A stretch of 64,000 bases of DNA from Perkinsela sp. CCAP 1560/9 (Eukaryota; Protista; Euglenozoa: Kinetoplastea). Positions 1 to 10,530 of the stretch are shown here, one piece after another (position 1 is the stretch's first letter; each line of letters starts with the position of its first letter). Position numbers and translations under genes: made by a program. Below the pieces are notes generated by a model. That model was not told where the DNA came from, made no database searches, and saw only the letters and a list, made by a program, of their open reading frames with translations. The stretch lies in contig CBFFSA010000006.1 in the NCBI GenBank assembly GCA_965644495.1, positions 620,001 to 684,000 of the forward strand. Reading direction: 5' to 3'.

Positions 1-369
1 CCTTTGGATCTCAAGCAAAATCCGTTATGGGGTGTTACAGACTCCCTACGTAAAGTGATATCTGTCCATCAGGATGCACACATGCGCAATCCTTTTTCAG
101 AAGAAAATATGCCGCGCAGCGAAGATATCTCAGCAGTAGCATCTCTTTTGATGAACAACGAGAATGCAGCTTTAGATAGCGAGATAATCGATCACACAAA
201 TTCCTCCGTATTTTGGCTAGAGATGCGGAACGCACCATCCCGTTTTTGTGACATATGGTATAGTGTAATTGGTATCAAGAACGCGGTACTGGAATTCGTG
301 CGGGGCTGTTTCGTCCATGCGGGTCGCTTTGTGACCTACTTACGATCCAATAGGTACTATCATCGATAG
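1..369 (+). CDS. 3' end of an unidentified protein-coding gene (truncated by window edge)
   Basis: Open frame from the window start to TAG at 369, same strand as all host genes; no recognisable motif. Confidence 0.5.
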   Translation, partial: PLDLKQNPLWGVTDSLRKVISVHQDAHMRNPFSEENMPRSEDISAVASLLMNNENAALDSEIIDHTNSSVFWLEMRNAPSRFCDIWYSVIGIKNAVLEFVRGCFVHAGRFVTYLRSNRYYHR

Positions 370-577
370 ATAGCAGATACCCCTATAATTCTCACCCCTT
401 TTGTCTTCAGTTCTTCCCGTTTTGTTAGTCGTCGTGTTTCACTTTACCTCAGAAGTAAATTGTAGAAGCAAACAACTTCATGTGCATTTATCTTGCTTCT
501 TCTTTGTCCTTAACTTACACTTTCTTAGTTCTCAATTGATACTCACAAGAGCATCACGTACATGTATTTCTTACCCA

Positions 578-1915
578 ATGCTTACCAGTACGTCCCATAC
601 AAGAATCTCCGTCGCCTCTCCTATCCTTCATCCACGAGATGCACAAGTTAGTGACCGTAACTCCGGGAAGATATCGTCTTACACAACTCCGGTCCCATCG
701 GATGCGCAGCTTATTCGCAAAGAGGAGGAAGGTGGGATGGAGGTAATCATGTATCTACAGTACGTGGGCGGACGCGCGAACGTTTCAGATGTAGAGCAAA
801 ATGTTCGTTGGATTGAGAAGTTCGACTCTTCATGCGGGACACTCTTAAAATTTCTGGAGCAACGTCCTCACATATTTGCGCTCTCTGCTGACAACGAAAT
901 GGTTACGGCCATTAGTCGCAGCATAAATCCAGAGACAACGAAACGTGCCCCGCTTCCCCGAGACAAATCACGACAAAGACAGACTCCTGCAGCTCACGGA
1001 AAAGTGGGATCGATGTGTGTTGCCGCATCGATTGATTTGGAAGAACTTCAACGGAGGTTCAAGCGCCTGGATTATTCTAGTGTTCTTGCAACCAAAGTGC
1101 TACATGTTACAAACAGAGGTCCGACCTCGAACAGTGTTGACTTGCAAGGAAATCAAGACAAGTTTGATCTGTTCGTTTTCTCGTACGGGTCGCTTGTGTG
1201 GTGGGGTACTGATATAAGCTCCTTTCGTATGATTGAAAATGATTTTTTACGGCGAGGTACCGCACTAGAACATGTAATAAAGGATCGATATAGGCAGTCC
1301 TGTCTAGAAGATTTGTTTCCTTTCTGGTGTACATTTGCTGTTGCTTCTGAGGATGATATCATGCAAAACGGGAGATTTCTTGAGGCGCTTCAGCGTGATC
1401 ACATACTCCTGACGTCCGACAGTCCTCCTTATAAGCAGGCAATTAGTCATGCACTCGCTCAAAGCGCCAAATTAGATGTCGTCGAACCCATGATACTGGA
1501 ACTTTTGCGAATATGTAAACCTCTTCCATTGCAAATTCGTGATCAAGGCCATGCCAATATTTCGCATACACGTGTTAATCAATTAAAAGGGGAGCTTTTC
1601 TTATATCGCATGGAGCTAAGAAGTGATAGCGAGCTGCTGGAAGAACCAGAATTTTTTTGGGAACTTCCATGGTTTAAGCCTGGATTCAAAATGGTGCGTG
1701 ATGACTATGGTATTGACAGTCGCGTAATGCAACTAGATGAGAAACTCTCTGCCGCTCAATTGACGCTTTCAATGATTGGAGAGCAATTTGATGAAGAGCA
1801 CGGCCGTCGCTTGGAATGGATTATCATCGTACTTATTCTTATTGAAGTAGTGATTGCTGTCATTGAACTTCTTTTGGAGGTCGGACTTGGATTTTCGCTA
1901 CCTTATTCAGCCTAG
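578..1915 (+). CDS. RMND1/Rmd1/DUF155 family protein with N-terminal winged-helix/LOTUS-like segment
   Basis: DLFVFSYGSLVWWG, AISHALAQSAKL, LEEPEFFWE and RLEWIIIVLILIEV motifs typical of DUF155; first ATG at 578. Confidence 0.85.
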   Translation: MLTSTSHTRISVASPILHPRDAQVSDRNSGKISSYTTPVPSDAQLIRKEEEGGMEVIMYLQYVGGRANVSDVEQNVRWIEKFDSSCGTLLKFLEQRPHIFALSADNEMVTAISRSINPETTKRAPLPRDKSRQRQTPAAHGKVGSMCVAASIDLEELQRRFKRLDYSSVLATKVLHVTNRGPTSNSVDLQGNQDKFDLFVFSYGSLVWWGTDISSFRMIENDFLRRGTALEHVIKDRYRQSCLEDLFPFWCTFAVASEDDIMQNGRFLEALQRDHILLTSDSPPYKQAISHALAQSAKLDVVEPMILELLRICKPLPLQIRDQGHANISHTRVNQLKGELFLYRMELRSDSELLEEPEFFWELPWFKPGFKMVRDDYGIDSRVMQLDEKLSAAQLTLSMIGEQFDEEHGRRLEWIIIVLILIEVVIAVIELLLEVGLGFSLPYSA

Positions 1916-2115
1916 TTTTTGCACTCAATAAGCTTCAAGATTCATCGGTATGTACTTTTGATTAATCGTAGGTTTGGACTCACGATCCTGATTTAAGTTT
2001 CTGATTCGAATTCATTAAGAGATTTTTTTTCTCGTAAAATTTGCAAGCAATGTAAGGTACATGTAGGTAAATATTAACAGCATTTTCGTTTCAAGTCATA
2101 ATTTTATTTTATTAA

Positions 2116-3813
2116 ATGAAAGGTAAGAAACGAAAAGTACAGGATTTTTCTATTAAAAGGCGTGACGTTGCTCGACGCAAAGCGCAGCGTAGTGTACAGT
2201 GCTTCGACGAAAGATCTCAACGCCAGGCACCTCGAAGATCAGAAATGCTCAATAAATGGAGCAACACTAGTACCCGCTCTTCGCGTTTTCGGTTAAACTC
2301 GGCTTCTTTTGAAACAACTGATCATTCTGAGGGCAGCCTTCTTGGGCAAAGTTCAGAGCTACAAGACATGCTCCATATTGCGACGGGTCAGAAGCCTCTT
2401 GATGAAAATGTCAAAGATGTTCGAAGCGTACAAGACTATCAAAATAGACGAAAGAAAAAGCAACAAGATCGAAAGCGAGTAGAGCGAGAAATACACTCCC
2501 TTGATCAAGAATGGGAGCAACTAGCTCCTCTGATGATGCGCAATGAAGAAAAGCACTCGGCTAAACAAACAACATCGGAACATGACAGTGTAGTGCGTAA
2601 TTTATCCATCGGATCATCTAACTTGCCTATTAAGAAGAAAGCGATTTACAGTACATCATACAAAAAACCAACTTCCGCTCAGCAACAATGCCCGCAAAAT
2701 GAATTACGCGAACAATTATTCTGCAAAAACAAGATTCCATCTGAGGAAACTTGCATAGCATATCACACTTTTGTCTCTGGCGTTTTGCAAAGTGCTGCTA
2801 GAGTCGAAAAAGACAGCATCTCTGAGTCTTACTTTAAAAATGGGGCAAAACTTTTGTCGGAATTTTCTTCTGATGCAGACCTTGCACTACAGCAGCGTAG
2901 CGTAGTTATTATACGCGTATTAGCAAGAGATTGTTTCCCTTTGCGTGCAGCTTGTGTCATAGTTAGTCTAAACATGCTGAATCAAATAAATCAACGTTTT
3001 CTACCTTATTCCGCTTCAATGTGTTCAAATGGCGCCCTGTGCGAGCGCTGTTTCAAGTTGGTTGTATGTAGCCCACAGTACCTAGAATATATGAGAGTTG
3101 GACTTCTTTATTGCTCTCTCTTGCGTCATCTCTATGTGATAGCACTCCAAGAATTTGACGCATTGCTTCCTTTAACACATCATGATGCACTGAGCCATAC
3201 ATCTCCGCTTTGGTCATCTCAAAGCATTTCGGAGCCCCTGGTATTCTTGCGCACGTTCTTCATGGCAACTCAATTGTGTGAACAAGCAGAAGGAGGGTAT
3301 TACAAGAATCAAGAGTGTGACTTACAATTTCTCTCGCACAAAGGTATTTTTTTGTCTTTTCGTACCTTGGGGCACTCCTTAAATGAGTTCTTTCTTGGAA
3401 AAACTGCTTCAGTCTCGGAAAATCTTTCGAATGCACAGATCGATATGACTTCACACTTACCACATGTATGTACGTCGATTGAAGGAGAGTCCAATTTAAG
3501 CTTCATGATCCAACGCCCCCAAGCACTGGTACAGTATGCTCCTCGCACACAATTCTGTGAAGAATTTGGTTTGAATGAGTCCTGCGAAAAGAGTAAGAAA
3601 AAGAGGCTGCGTAAAGGTATGAAACGGTATCGTCAGGAGCATCGCGTATTAGCGCACCTTACACGAACGACCTACGAGGAGAAACGTCAAATCGAGGAGG
3701 ATAACCGAGATAAAAAATACAAGGAGATTCTTTCTGAGCTTCAACAACAGCAGCATGTACTAAAAACTATCGACTTGCACAAAGCTCTGGCCAAAAAGAA
3801 AAAGAATAAATAG
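2116..3813 (+). CDS. NOP14: Nop14-like SSU processome protein (divergent)
   Basis: Basic N-terminus, SRFRL, C-terminal RPQALVQYAPR and KKYKEILSELQQQQ resemble the Nop14 termini. Confidence 0.65.
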   Translation: MKGKKRKVQDFSIKRRDVARRKAQRSVQCFDERSQRQAPRRSEMLNKWSNTSTRSSRFRLNSASFETTDHSEGSLLGQSSELQDMLHIATGQKPLDENVKDVRSVQDYQNRRKKKQQDRKRVEREIHSLDQEWEQLAPLMMRNEEKHSAKQTTSEHDSVVRNLSIGSSNLPIKKKAIYSTSYKKPTSAQQQCPQNELREQLFCKNKIPSEETCIAYHTFVSGVLQSAARVEKDSISESYFKNGAKLLSEFSSDADLALQQRSVVIIRVLARDCFPLRAACVIVSLNMLNQINQRFLPYSASMCSNGALCERCFKLVVCSPQYLEYMRVGLLYCSLLRHLYVIALQEFDALLPLTHHDALSHTSPLWSSQSISEPLVFLRTFFMATQLCEQAEGGYYKNQECDLQFLSHKGIFLSFRTLGHSLNEFFLGKTASVSENLSNAQIDMTSHLPHVCTSIEGESNLSFMIQRPQALVQYAPRTQFCEEFGLNESCEKSKKKRLRKGMKRYRQEHRVLAHLTRTTYEEKRQIEEDNRDKKYKEILSELQQQQHVLKTIDLHKALAKKKKNK

Positions 3814-4143
3814 TAATTCGGTTTTTTTTCTTTGAGACTAGTGATGCGGATTCAAATGGTCGGCGAATGCATCGATCGCCTGGGCTCATGAAGAGGGAAA
3901 TGTGACATTTCAAATGTCTTTCATGCAATTTTATGGCTATAATGGCGAAACTAATTTTCTTGTTGGGGGTATCTAAGGCTTGTGAATGCCGTCGAATGTA
4001 CTCACAAAAAATCACCCTATAAATTAACATGTAAGCTGCTCGGTTCCTCTTTATATCACAATTGAAATTACCGCTATGGCTTCTTACTGATCCCTCTATT
4101 TTTTTACTGGCCTTCCTATAAGAATTTTGAAATACTGCTATCA

Positions 4144-7100
4144 ATGGTTTCCGTTCATTCATACAATGAGACTGAAAAGTCACACTTTGAGGAACTTGAA
4201 GCAGCCACACAATTGTGTGAGTGCTATGACTCATATGCGGAAGATTGCAATCCCACTTCTGACAATTGGAAAGAGGCTGTGTCTAGTGCAATACGCCTTC
4301 ACAATATTCTTGATTCCTATCTAGAGTTTCCTACCTTAATTATTCCTCATTTGGACTCTTTGTTAAACCCTTTAATTAGTTCTTTAGAAAAAACTTGCTT
4401 ATTTCGGGAAACATTGAGTTCGTCCGTGCAATTTACGCAAAACGATGTCCTTGATCTTCATGAAATGCCGGAGGTTCAGCGCCCTGTAAGTACTGGAATT
4501 CATTGTCAAAGTATTGTTTCAGGATTTGATGTAGATCGGATTCGATCCATGGAACATCTAATTTCCTACCTGTTATATTCTCATGTACGAATCGTGGGAC
4601 TTAAACACGTAATTACACGCTTCCCACACTCTACAGCAAATCTTTTACCCGTGTACTCGGCCTTACAAAGGTGGACAAGGACAACTCAAAACTGGTCAGA
4701 TTGGGAAATTTCATTCGTTCTTCTTTTGTGGCTTTCTAATGTAATAACCACGCCTTTCCCTCTTGAAAGCTTTCAAGATAATATAGTTCATCATTTGGTT
4801 CATATTGGCGAAACATTTCTTGCTCAACCCGGTCGACTTCAAGAGGCTGCTGTGTGTTTTTTATCAGCCATAACATGTAGACCAGATGCAATAACTGAGT
4901 GTGGTTCTGTAGTAAACTCTTTATGCACTCAAATTCTTCGAATGGATGAACCTAGTGCGAATTTGCTTGTATATCAAACAGGCGCTTTGCGCTTACTCAG
5001 TTCTTTGTGTAAGAAATTATGTCGCAATGGCATTGCCCGGCATATTCCACTGCTTTGGAAAACTATATCATGCATTATTGAACAGAGGGGAGTCAAGTTT
5101 TCGTTTTACAAAGGAGAAGTAAAGCTGGTTCAACGCGTTGTTCTCTTACATAGACCGGAAAATTCACTCACACACAACGATTGCTACATGAACACACAAA
5201 ACGAAATCACTGAGTTCGGGAAAACCTCTGGAAATTCTAATACCTTTCGCAACATTCTCGATCAAGATGTTGAGAAGGGTGTTAACTATCTTATACGTGC
5301 ACTTTGCTGTCGAGATACTGCAATCAGATGGAGCGCAGCCAAGGGCTTATCGTCGATTGCTTGTAGATTTTCAACTTTAATCTCGCGAGAAATACTAAGA
5401 GCTTGCACTGATTTATTAGAAGACAAAGAAAATGATGTTGCTTGGCATGGCGTTTTCTTAGCCTTATCTGAATGTATCAGAAAGGGTTGCTTTGAGCCCG
5501 GAGACATTAAGGAACTCCTTTCTTATTTCCGTTTTGCGTTGTCATATGACATTCCTCGTGGCGCTCATAGCGTAGGAACTCATGTTCGTGATGCCGCATG
5601 CTACTGGTTTTGGTGTGTAAGTCGTACAATATCGTCTTCTGCTCTACACCAAATTCTCGCCAGCGTTGCTCCTGACATATTGTTCCGGTCCTGCTATGAC
5701 AGAGAGGTTAAAGTCCGACGCGCAGCAGCAGCCGCGTTTCAGGAAGCTGTAGGTCGCACTACGGAGTTTCCACTTGGAATAGAAATGATAACTATGTCTA
5801 ATTTTTTCACAGTGGCCCGTCGCAGTGATGCTTTTCTTGATGTTGCACCAAAGCTGGCCTCATTGTCCGCAGAACTGGGCCTTCATTTCTTGTCCCAATT
5901 GATTCAAAAGAGCATTGGTCACTGGGATATAGAGTTTCGAGAACTTGCTGCCAAAGGTATAGGGGTACTCGGAAACATTTACAGGGAAATGATCACAGCA
6001 CAGTTTCCGCTACTATTGGAAAAATGTAGTAATCCGAATGCCTCTACTAAACATGGTGCACTCATGGCTCTTAGCTGTGTCATATCTTCGGAAGTCTTTT
6101 CAGAAGCAGCACTCAATGAAGTAGCGTACTCCTCTAATAAAATAACTGAGCCGGTTCTTGGTCATTTAAATATTTCTGATACCCTTACTATGCAAATTGG
6201 ACATTTAGTACCACAGTTACAGAAAAGTCATTCGTTTCGCAGTCGCCACGGCGAGCTGGTACGTATTGCCTCATGTGAGCTCGTAAAAAGTATCGCCTGT
6301 TCTAAATTACTCTTAACTCACATAGCATTTCTTAGGCCTCACTCAGGAACGAACCTGACCCTAGAAGTTCAAATTACGAAATCTTATCTGAATTTTCTGG
6401 AGGATTGTGCAACCCACCTGCTGGAAAGTGTCCGAAGTGCAGGAGCAGTCGCATTATACAACTTTCTTATGATATACTGTCCATACATTAACTTAAAAGA
6501 ATTAGTAGCTTGGGTGGATCGAATATTGGAGAAAAAGATCGCACAGTTACCAGTAAATGAGAGACGTGGTGTTTGTCATATTGTGGGCTCTCTCCCTTAT
6601 GCCATGTTGCAGATTGAAAATACAGTTGAAAAAATTATTAGTTCTCTTTGTATTGCGGCGAAAATAGAACGCGATATTGCACTTCGCGATCCAGAAACAA
6701 GACAAGCAGGCATACAGGCCTTAGGTAATATTGCTAAAAGTAGCTTCTCTCTCGTCCTGAAAGGCGGACTATTAGAACCGATTTTTACGACCCTAACGGC
6801 GTCTATTCAAGACTATTCAGTGGATCGCCGTGGAGACATCGGTTCCAATATACGTCGAGCTTCAATAAAATCAGGTGGTAAAATCTTAAGTGCGCTTCTT
6901 TATCAGGAAAAGGTATCTGATCAGGTTTACCGCGAGACTTCAAAAGTGTTTTTATGGTATACACAAAGTTGTTTACTCATGTGTCACGAAAAATTGGATC
7001 GGCTTCGAGAATTTGCAGCGAACTCCTTTTTTACTTTGTTAGAAGACCTTTCAAAGCGATACCAAATCAGATATCTTTCACTTTTTAAAGAAAACGATCT

Positions 7101-7926
7101 TCGCGTGACTTCCGTAGATACAATGCGTCGAGATATACTACAGCATTCTTTGTGTAATGGAAGCGCTGATTGGTCTTCACCAAAGCTTTTCGACATATTT
7201 CTTTCACAATCACTTCCAGAGGATAAATGGCGCATTCACGTTCTGCGAGGCCTAGTGACTAGCCTCAACACCTGTGACATGCACGTGTCTCAGCCAGCAA
7301 GAGAAGCTCTCATGCAGTACATAAATACCTCTGCATCTCACACCTTTCAAGTGTGCGACTCTCTCATGCAGATTTTAAATGACGAATCGGCACCATGGCG
7401 CATCATACTACCTTTATGCAGAACTTTTGCGTTCCTTCTGGAAAATGGAAAACTGCCAGAACAATATTTCTTATCTCTAGCGCATTGGATACGAGACAAT
7501 ATGAACTTAATTAGCTCCAATTATCACCGCCTAAATTCGTTCGTGGAGTTGGTTTCAGAACTCTCCGTTGTTCAAGAGAATGAAGTGACCCAGTTGTCAT
7601 TGGCTATTGCTACATGTTGGATTACTCAAAGTAAATATCCGAAAATTCGTGGGAAGATGGCAGTCCATTTATTTAATTCTATTGTGGCGCAGAATGGCTT
7701 TGCAACACCTGACAGCACGCTAGGCACATCGAGCAAAAATCACTCTAAGTTGGTTTCAATATTGACCTCTGAGTCATGGGATGATTCATTGTCCGAAATA
7801 TATCTTTTGGATACGCGAAAACAGATGCAGATTTTACTGGGCACATCCCTTGAATGCACTAACGATATTTACGAGAGTTTTGGAAGGCTTGAAACGGATC
7901 AAAATCCTAGCAGAATGAGTATCTAA
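4144..7926 (+). CDS. TBCD: Tubulin-specific chaperone D
   Basis: LLLWLS..PFPL, RDTAIRWSAAKG, GTHVRDAACY, YDREVKVRRAAAAAFQEAVGR, DYSVDRRGDIGS, EKLDRLR. Confidence 0.97.
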   Translation: MVSVHSYNETEKSHFEELEAATQLCECYDSYAEDCNPTSDNWKEAVSSAIRLHNILDSYLEFPTLIIPHLDSLLNPLISSLEKTCLFRETLSSSVQFTQNDVLDLHEMPEVQRPVSTGIHCQSIVSGFDVDRIRSMEHLISYLLYSHVRIVGLKHVITRFPHSTANLLPVYSALQRWTRTTQNWSDWEISFVLLLWLSNVITTPFPLESFQDNIVHHLVHIGETFLAQPGRLQEAAVCFLSAITCRPDAITECGSVVNSLCTQILRMDEPSANLLVYQTGALRLLSSLCKKLCRNGIARHIPLLWKTISCIIEQRGVKFSFYKGEVKLVQRVVLLHRPENSLTHNDCYMNTQNEITEFGKTSGNSNTFRNILDQDVEKGVNYLIRALCCRDTAIRWSAAKGLSSIACRFSTLISREILRACTDLLEDKENDVAWHGVFLALSECIRKGCFEPGDIKELLSYFRFALSYDIPRGAHSVGTHVRDAACYWFWCVSRTISSSALHQILASVAPDILFRSCYDREVKVRRAAAAAFQEAVGRTTEFPLGIEMITMSNFFTVARRSDAFLDVAPKLASLSAELGLHFLSQLIQKSIGHWDIEFRELAAKGIGVLGNIYREMITAQFPLLLEKCSNPNASTKHGALMALSCVISSEVFSEAALNEVAYSSNKITEPVLGHLNISDTLTMQIGHLVPQLQKSHSFRSRHGELVRIASCELVKSIACSKLLLTHIAFLRPHSGTNLTLEVQITKSYLNFLEDCATHLLESVRSAGAVALYNFLMIYCPYINLKELVAWVDRILEKKIAQLPVNERRGVCHIVGSLPYAMLQIENTVEKIISSLCIAAKIERDIALRDPETRQAGIQALGNIAKSSFSLVLKGGLLEPIFTTLTASIQDYSVDRRGDIGSNIRRASIKSGGKILSALLYQEKVSDQVYRETSKVFLWYTQSCLLMCHEKLDRLREFAANSFFTLLEDLSKRYQIRYLSLFKENDLRVTSVDTMRRDILQHSLCNGSADWSSPKLFDIFLSQSLPEDKWRIHVLRGLVTSLNTCDMHVSQPAREALMQYINTSASHTFQVCDSLMQILNDESAPWRIILPLCRTFAFLLENGKLPEQYFLSLAHWIRDNMNLISSNYHRLNSFVELVSELSVVQENEVTQLSLAIATCWITQSKYPKIRGKMAVHLFNSIVAQNGFATPDSTLGTSSKNHSKLVSILTSESWDDSLSEIYLLDTRKQMQILLGTSLECTNDIYESFGRLETDQNPSRMSI

Positions 7927-8276
7927 ATGCGTGCTGCACGGCGGCAAACGTTGATCAATACCATGTTACATGATCATGTATCTAGAAATCGTAATAACCT
8001 TAAATCCTCTTGCCGAACTTGCTCGACCAAGGCATGCGCTGGGTGTGGATTCCTATAAAATGTTGGCATGGGCTGTATCAAATCTATAAGGGTCTGCGGT
8101 TGGGTGTGGACCGAAGCCACACTAAAATTTTACCCGTAACCCCTCACATGCAGTAATGAAAATCATTATGTTGAACTAAAACTTGGTACACTTGTACTTG
8201 TATGTTCTCTATTACTTTCTGGGATCTAATTTATAAGAATGTGTCAGATTTTCTATTTTACGCGTCTTATTTATAC

Positions 8277-9248
8277 ATGTACGAAGACACAGACCTTGAT
8301 CTGCTTGATCCAGTTCTTGGCTTTCCATCACAAAGCTCATTGTCCAGAGAGACACCTCGAATCCCTACTCGACCTTTTGAGGATGCCACATCTTACAGTT
8401 CATCATGTGCCTCACCTCCGGTCTCGGCTCGCACCTCCCGTAAAAGGGTTCAAACCTCAGAAGTTCTCAGTGCGAGCAGTGATTGGATACGGCAACGCAA
8501 ACCAACCCCTGAGCTTTCCCTGCGAGCAGGCTACCTGAAACTCCTTCCCGAGGACCAATCTTCACCTCCACACCCGGAGGACTCGCTTACGCAAGTATCG
8601 GATTCCTGTGACCGAGTGGACTCCGAGACGGGGACAGTGCCAGACGAGCCTTCGCGCACTCCTTTTCACATCCTCGATTACCTCCCACAGTGTCCCAATC
8701 CCCACGCCACCCCTGTGATCTACAACTCGATATGCTTTGCTCGGCTCCCGTGCAGCATTGACCTGAAGACACTTTGCTGCCGGTGTCGTAACGTGGACTA
8801 CAACCCGACGGTGAGCTCCACCGCAGAGATGACACTCAGTGAGCCCCGTGCCAGTGTGTTTTGTCACGCCAACGGGACGCTGCGGGTTATGGGATGCCGC
8901 ACCTCCGTGGCCGCCCGACTCGCGGCAAAGCGAGCGGCTAAGATTATTCGTGAAGTCTTTCAGATCGAATTTCACGAATTCTCCTTTTCCCCCAGTAATT
9001 TAATGGCACAGGCGGATATTGGGGTCCCGATACGACTTGCGGAGCTCGCAGAGGCGCATCCCACTGCATGTATGTATGAGCCACTTATTTATTCAGGATG
9101 CGTTATGAAATTTGAGAATGGGGTTAGGATATTATTGTATGTGACGGGAAAGATGGTGCTTACAGGGGCACGGGATATGGAGGAATTACGGCGCGCGTTT
9201 CGTGCATTCGTAACTTATGTAGCTCCTTATGCAAAGAAGCTGTCCTGA
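8277..9248 (+). CDS. TBP: TATA-binding protein / TBP-related factor (TRF4-like)
   Basis: Two TBP repeats (NVDYNP..EPRASVFCHANGTLRVMG; YEPLIYSG..LLYVTGKMVLTGAR) after an S/P-rich N-terminus; start may be 8202 or 8277. Confidence 0.9.
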   Translation: MYEDTDLDLLDPVLGFPSQSSLSRETPRIPTRPFEDATSYSSSCASPPVSARTSRKRVQTSEVLSASSDWIRQRKPTPELSLRAGYLKLLPEDQSSPPHPEDSLTQVSDSCDRVDSETGTVPDEPSRTPFHILDYLPQCPNPHATPVIYNSICFARLPCSIDLKTLCCRCRNVDYNPTVSSTAEMTLSEPRASVFCHANGTLRVMGCRTSVAARLAAKRAAKIIREVFQIEFHEFSFSPSNLMAQADIGVPIRLAELAEAHPTACMYEPLIYSGCVMKFENGVRILLYVTGKMVLTGARDMEELRRAFRAFVTYVAPYAKKLS

Positions 9249-9521
9249 CATAATTCTAAGTTGCGCAAGATTCCCCGATTTACTACTTTTTAATAAGCAA
9301 CGGCTGCTTTTTTCGCTCCAAAACATATGGCTAAAGCGCGGAGTAGCCACTAGAAAAAAAAGAAAGAATATTTTACGTGAAGCAAGAAGATAGTGGATAA
9401 AACATTCTTAGACGATGGAATTTAATCTGTATCTCAGATTGAGATTCTCGATAATCATATACCTGAGATTTACAGTGTATGTGGGCGTGTGTGTGTATGT
9501 GTAGACTACACAGTTCGTTCC

Positions 9522-9666
9522 ATTACACGATAAAGATACACTTTATGTACCTTGTTGGTACTTTTTACTAGCTCTTCTTTCTCCCCGGAAACGGGTATGT
9601 ATACTTTGCTCACACATGCCCGTTTCCGGAACCCGCCTTCGCCGCCAAAGCTGTCCCTCTTTTTTT
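9522..9666 (+). ncRNA. Spliced-leader RNA-like gene or variant (SL-like exon 9522-9557, GT donor, hairpin, T-tract)
   Basis: ACGATAAAGATACACTTTATGTACCTTGTTG|GTAC resembles the kinetoplastid SL exon core (…AAGATACAGTTTCTGTACTTTATTG|GTA); 16-bp stem at 9585-9629; T7 at 9660-9666. Confidence 0.5.
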
Positions 9667-10530
9667 CGTTGGAGTAGGGGCCGCCTACTCGCACTCCCTG
9701 TGCAGCCGGTCATTCCCGGCCGAACACGCCCGCTAGGACGACGCCAGGAAGCTTAACCCCTTTCTGCAGTGAACTCCTGGTGCTCCGCCTTCCGGCTTTT
9801 CTCCCTTTCCGCCTCGCCTCTCCGGAAGGATACGCGCCTTGGGCCCTTAATACAGTAAGCTCGGGGCGTCGCCTGTCGCACTGCGCGCTTTCCCTCTTGA
9901 CGGAACGTTCCTCTCTCTGCGGTCTGCGCCGATGACGGGTTTAACCGCCAAATTGTCGGATCCCCGCGAGCTCTGCGGGTATGCTGAACGGTTGGGGTCC
10001 GTTCCCTCTCCTTCCCCTACAGAGCGGCAGGCGAAACCCCCCGTCCGAACAACGACCCGTTAGTTTCGGGTCCCTAATGGCATTCCTCCATGGGATGTGG
10101 CCAGACGGTGTCTCTCTCCACGTTGTTTGGGTCTGCGTGTAGGCCCCCCGTAAGAAGACGCCGGTTTTTCTCTAGTCGTACGCCAAGCCAGGACGGCGTA
10201 TTCCTGTCAAGTAGTAAAACCTCGCAAGGTAACCTAAAACGTCAGGATGATTAAATGACACAGTGTAAAGGAATGAAGTCTTCAAAACAATTTGGTGGAA
10301 TGTTCTGGTGGAATTTGTCTTAGAATTCTCTATTAGGTGAAAAAAGCTTCGTCCAGGGGCTTTTAAATGCTCTTTAATTAATTGCATTCATAATCTTTAC
10401 ATGCACATACATACATGTATGTATGTGTTATAATTACATAGATTTTAATATTTACGTAGATTTTTTTTGAAAATACTCATCAATACTCTGTACTCTACTG
10501 CTTTGACACTACTGTCTTAACTATGTTTCA

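Noticed and set aside
401-577. N-terminal extensions from non-ATG starts (also 23844, 51266, 59173)
   Set aside because: Extensions run through pyrimidine-rich intergenic or trans-splicing sequence; the downstream ATG is more plausible
9695-9800. 5S rRNA gene linked to the SL-like sequence
   Set aside because: Only scattered short matches (ggccgaa, gaagcttaa; cccgtccga 300 nt away); no contiguous 120-nt 5S structure
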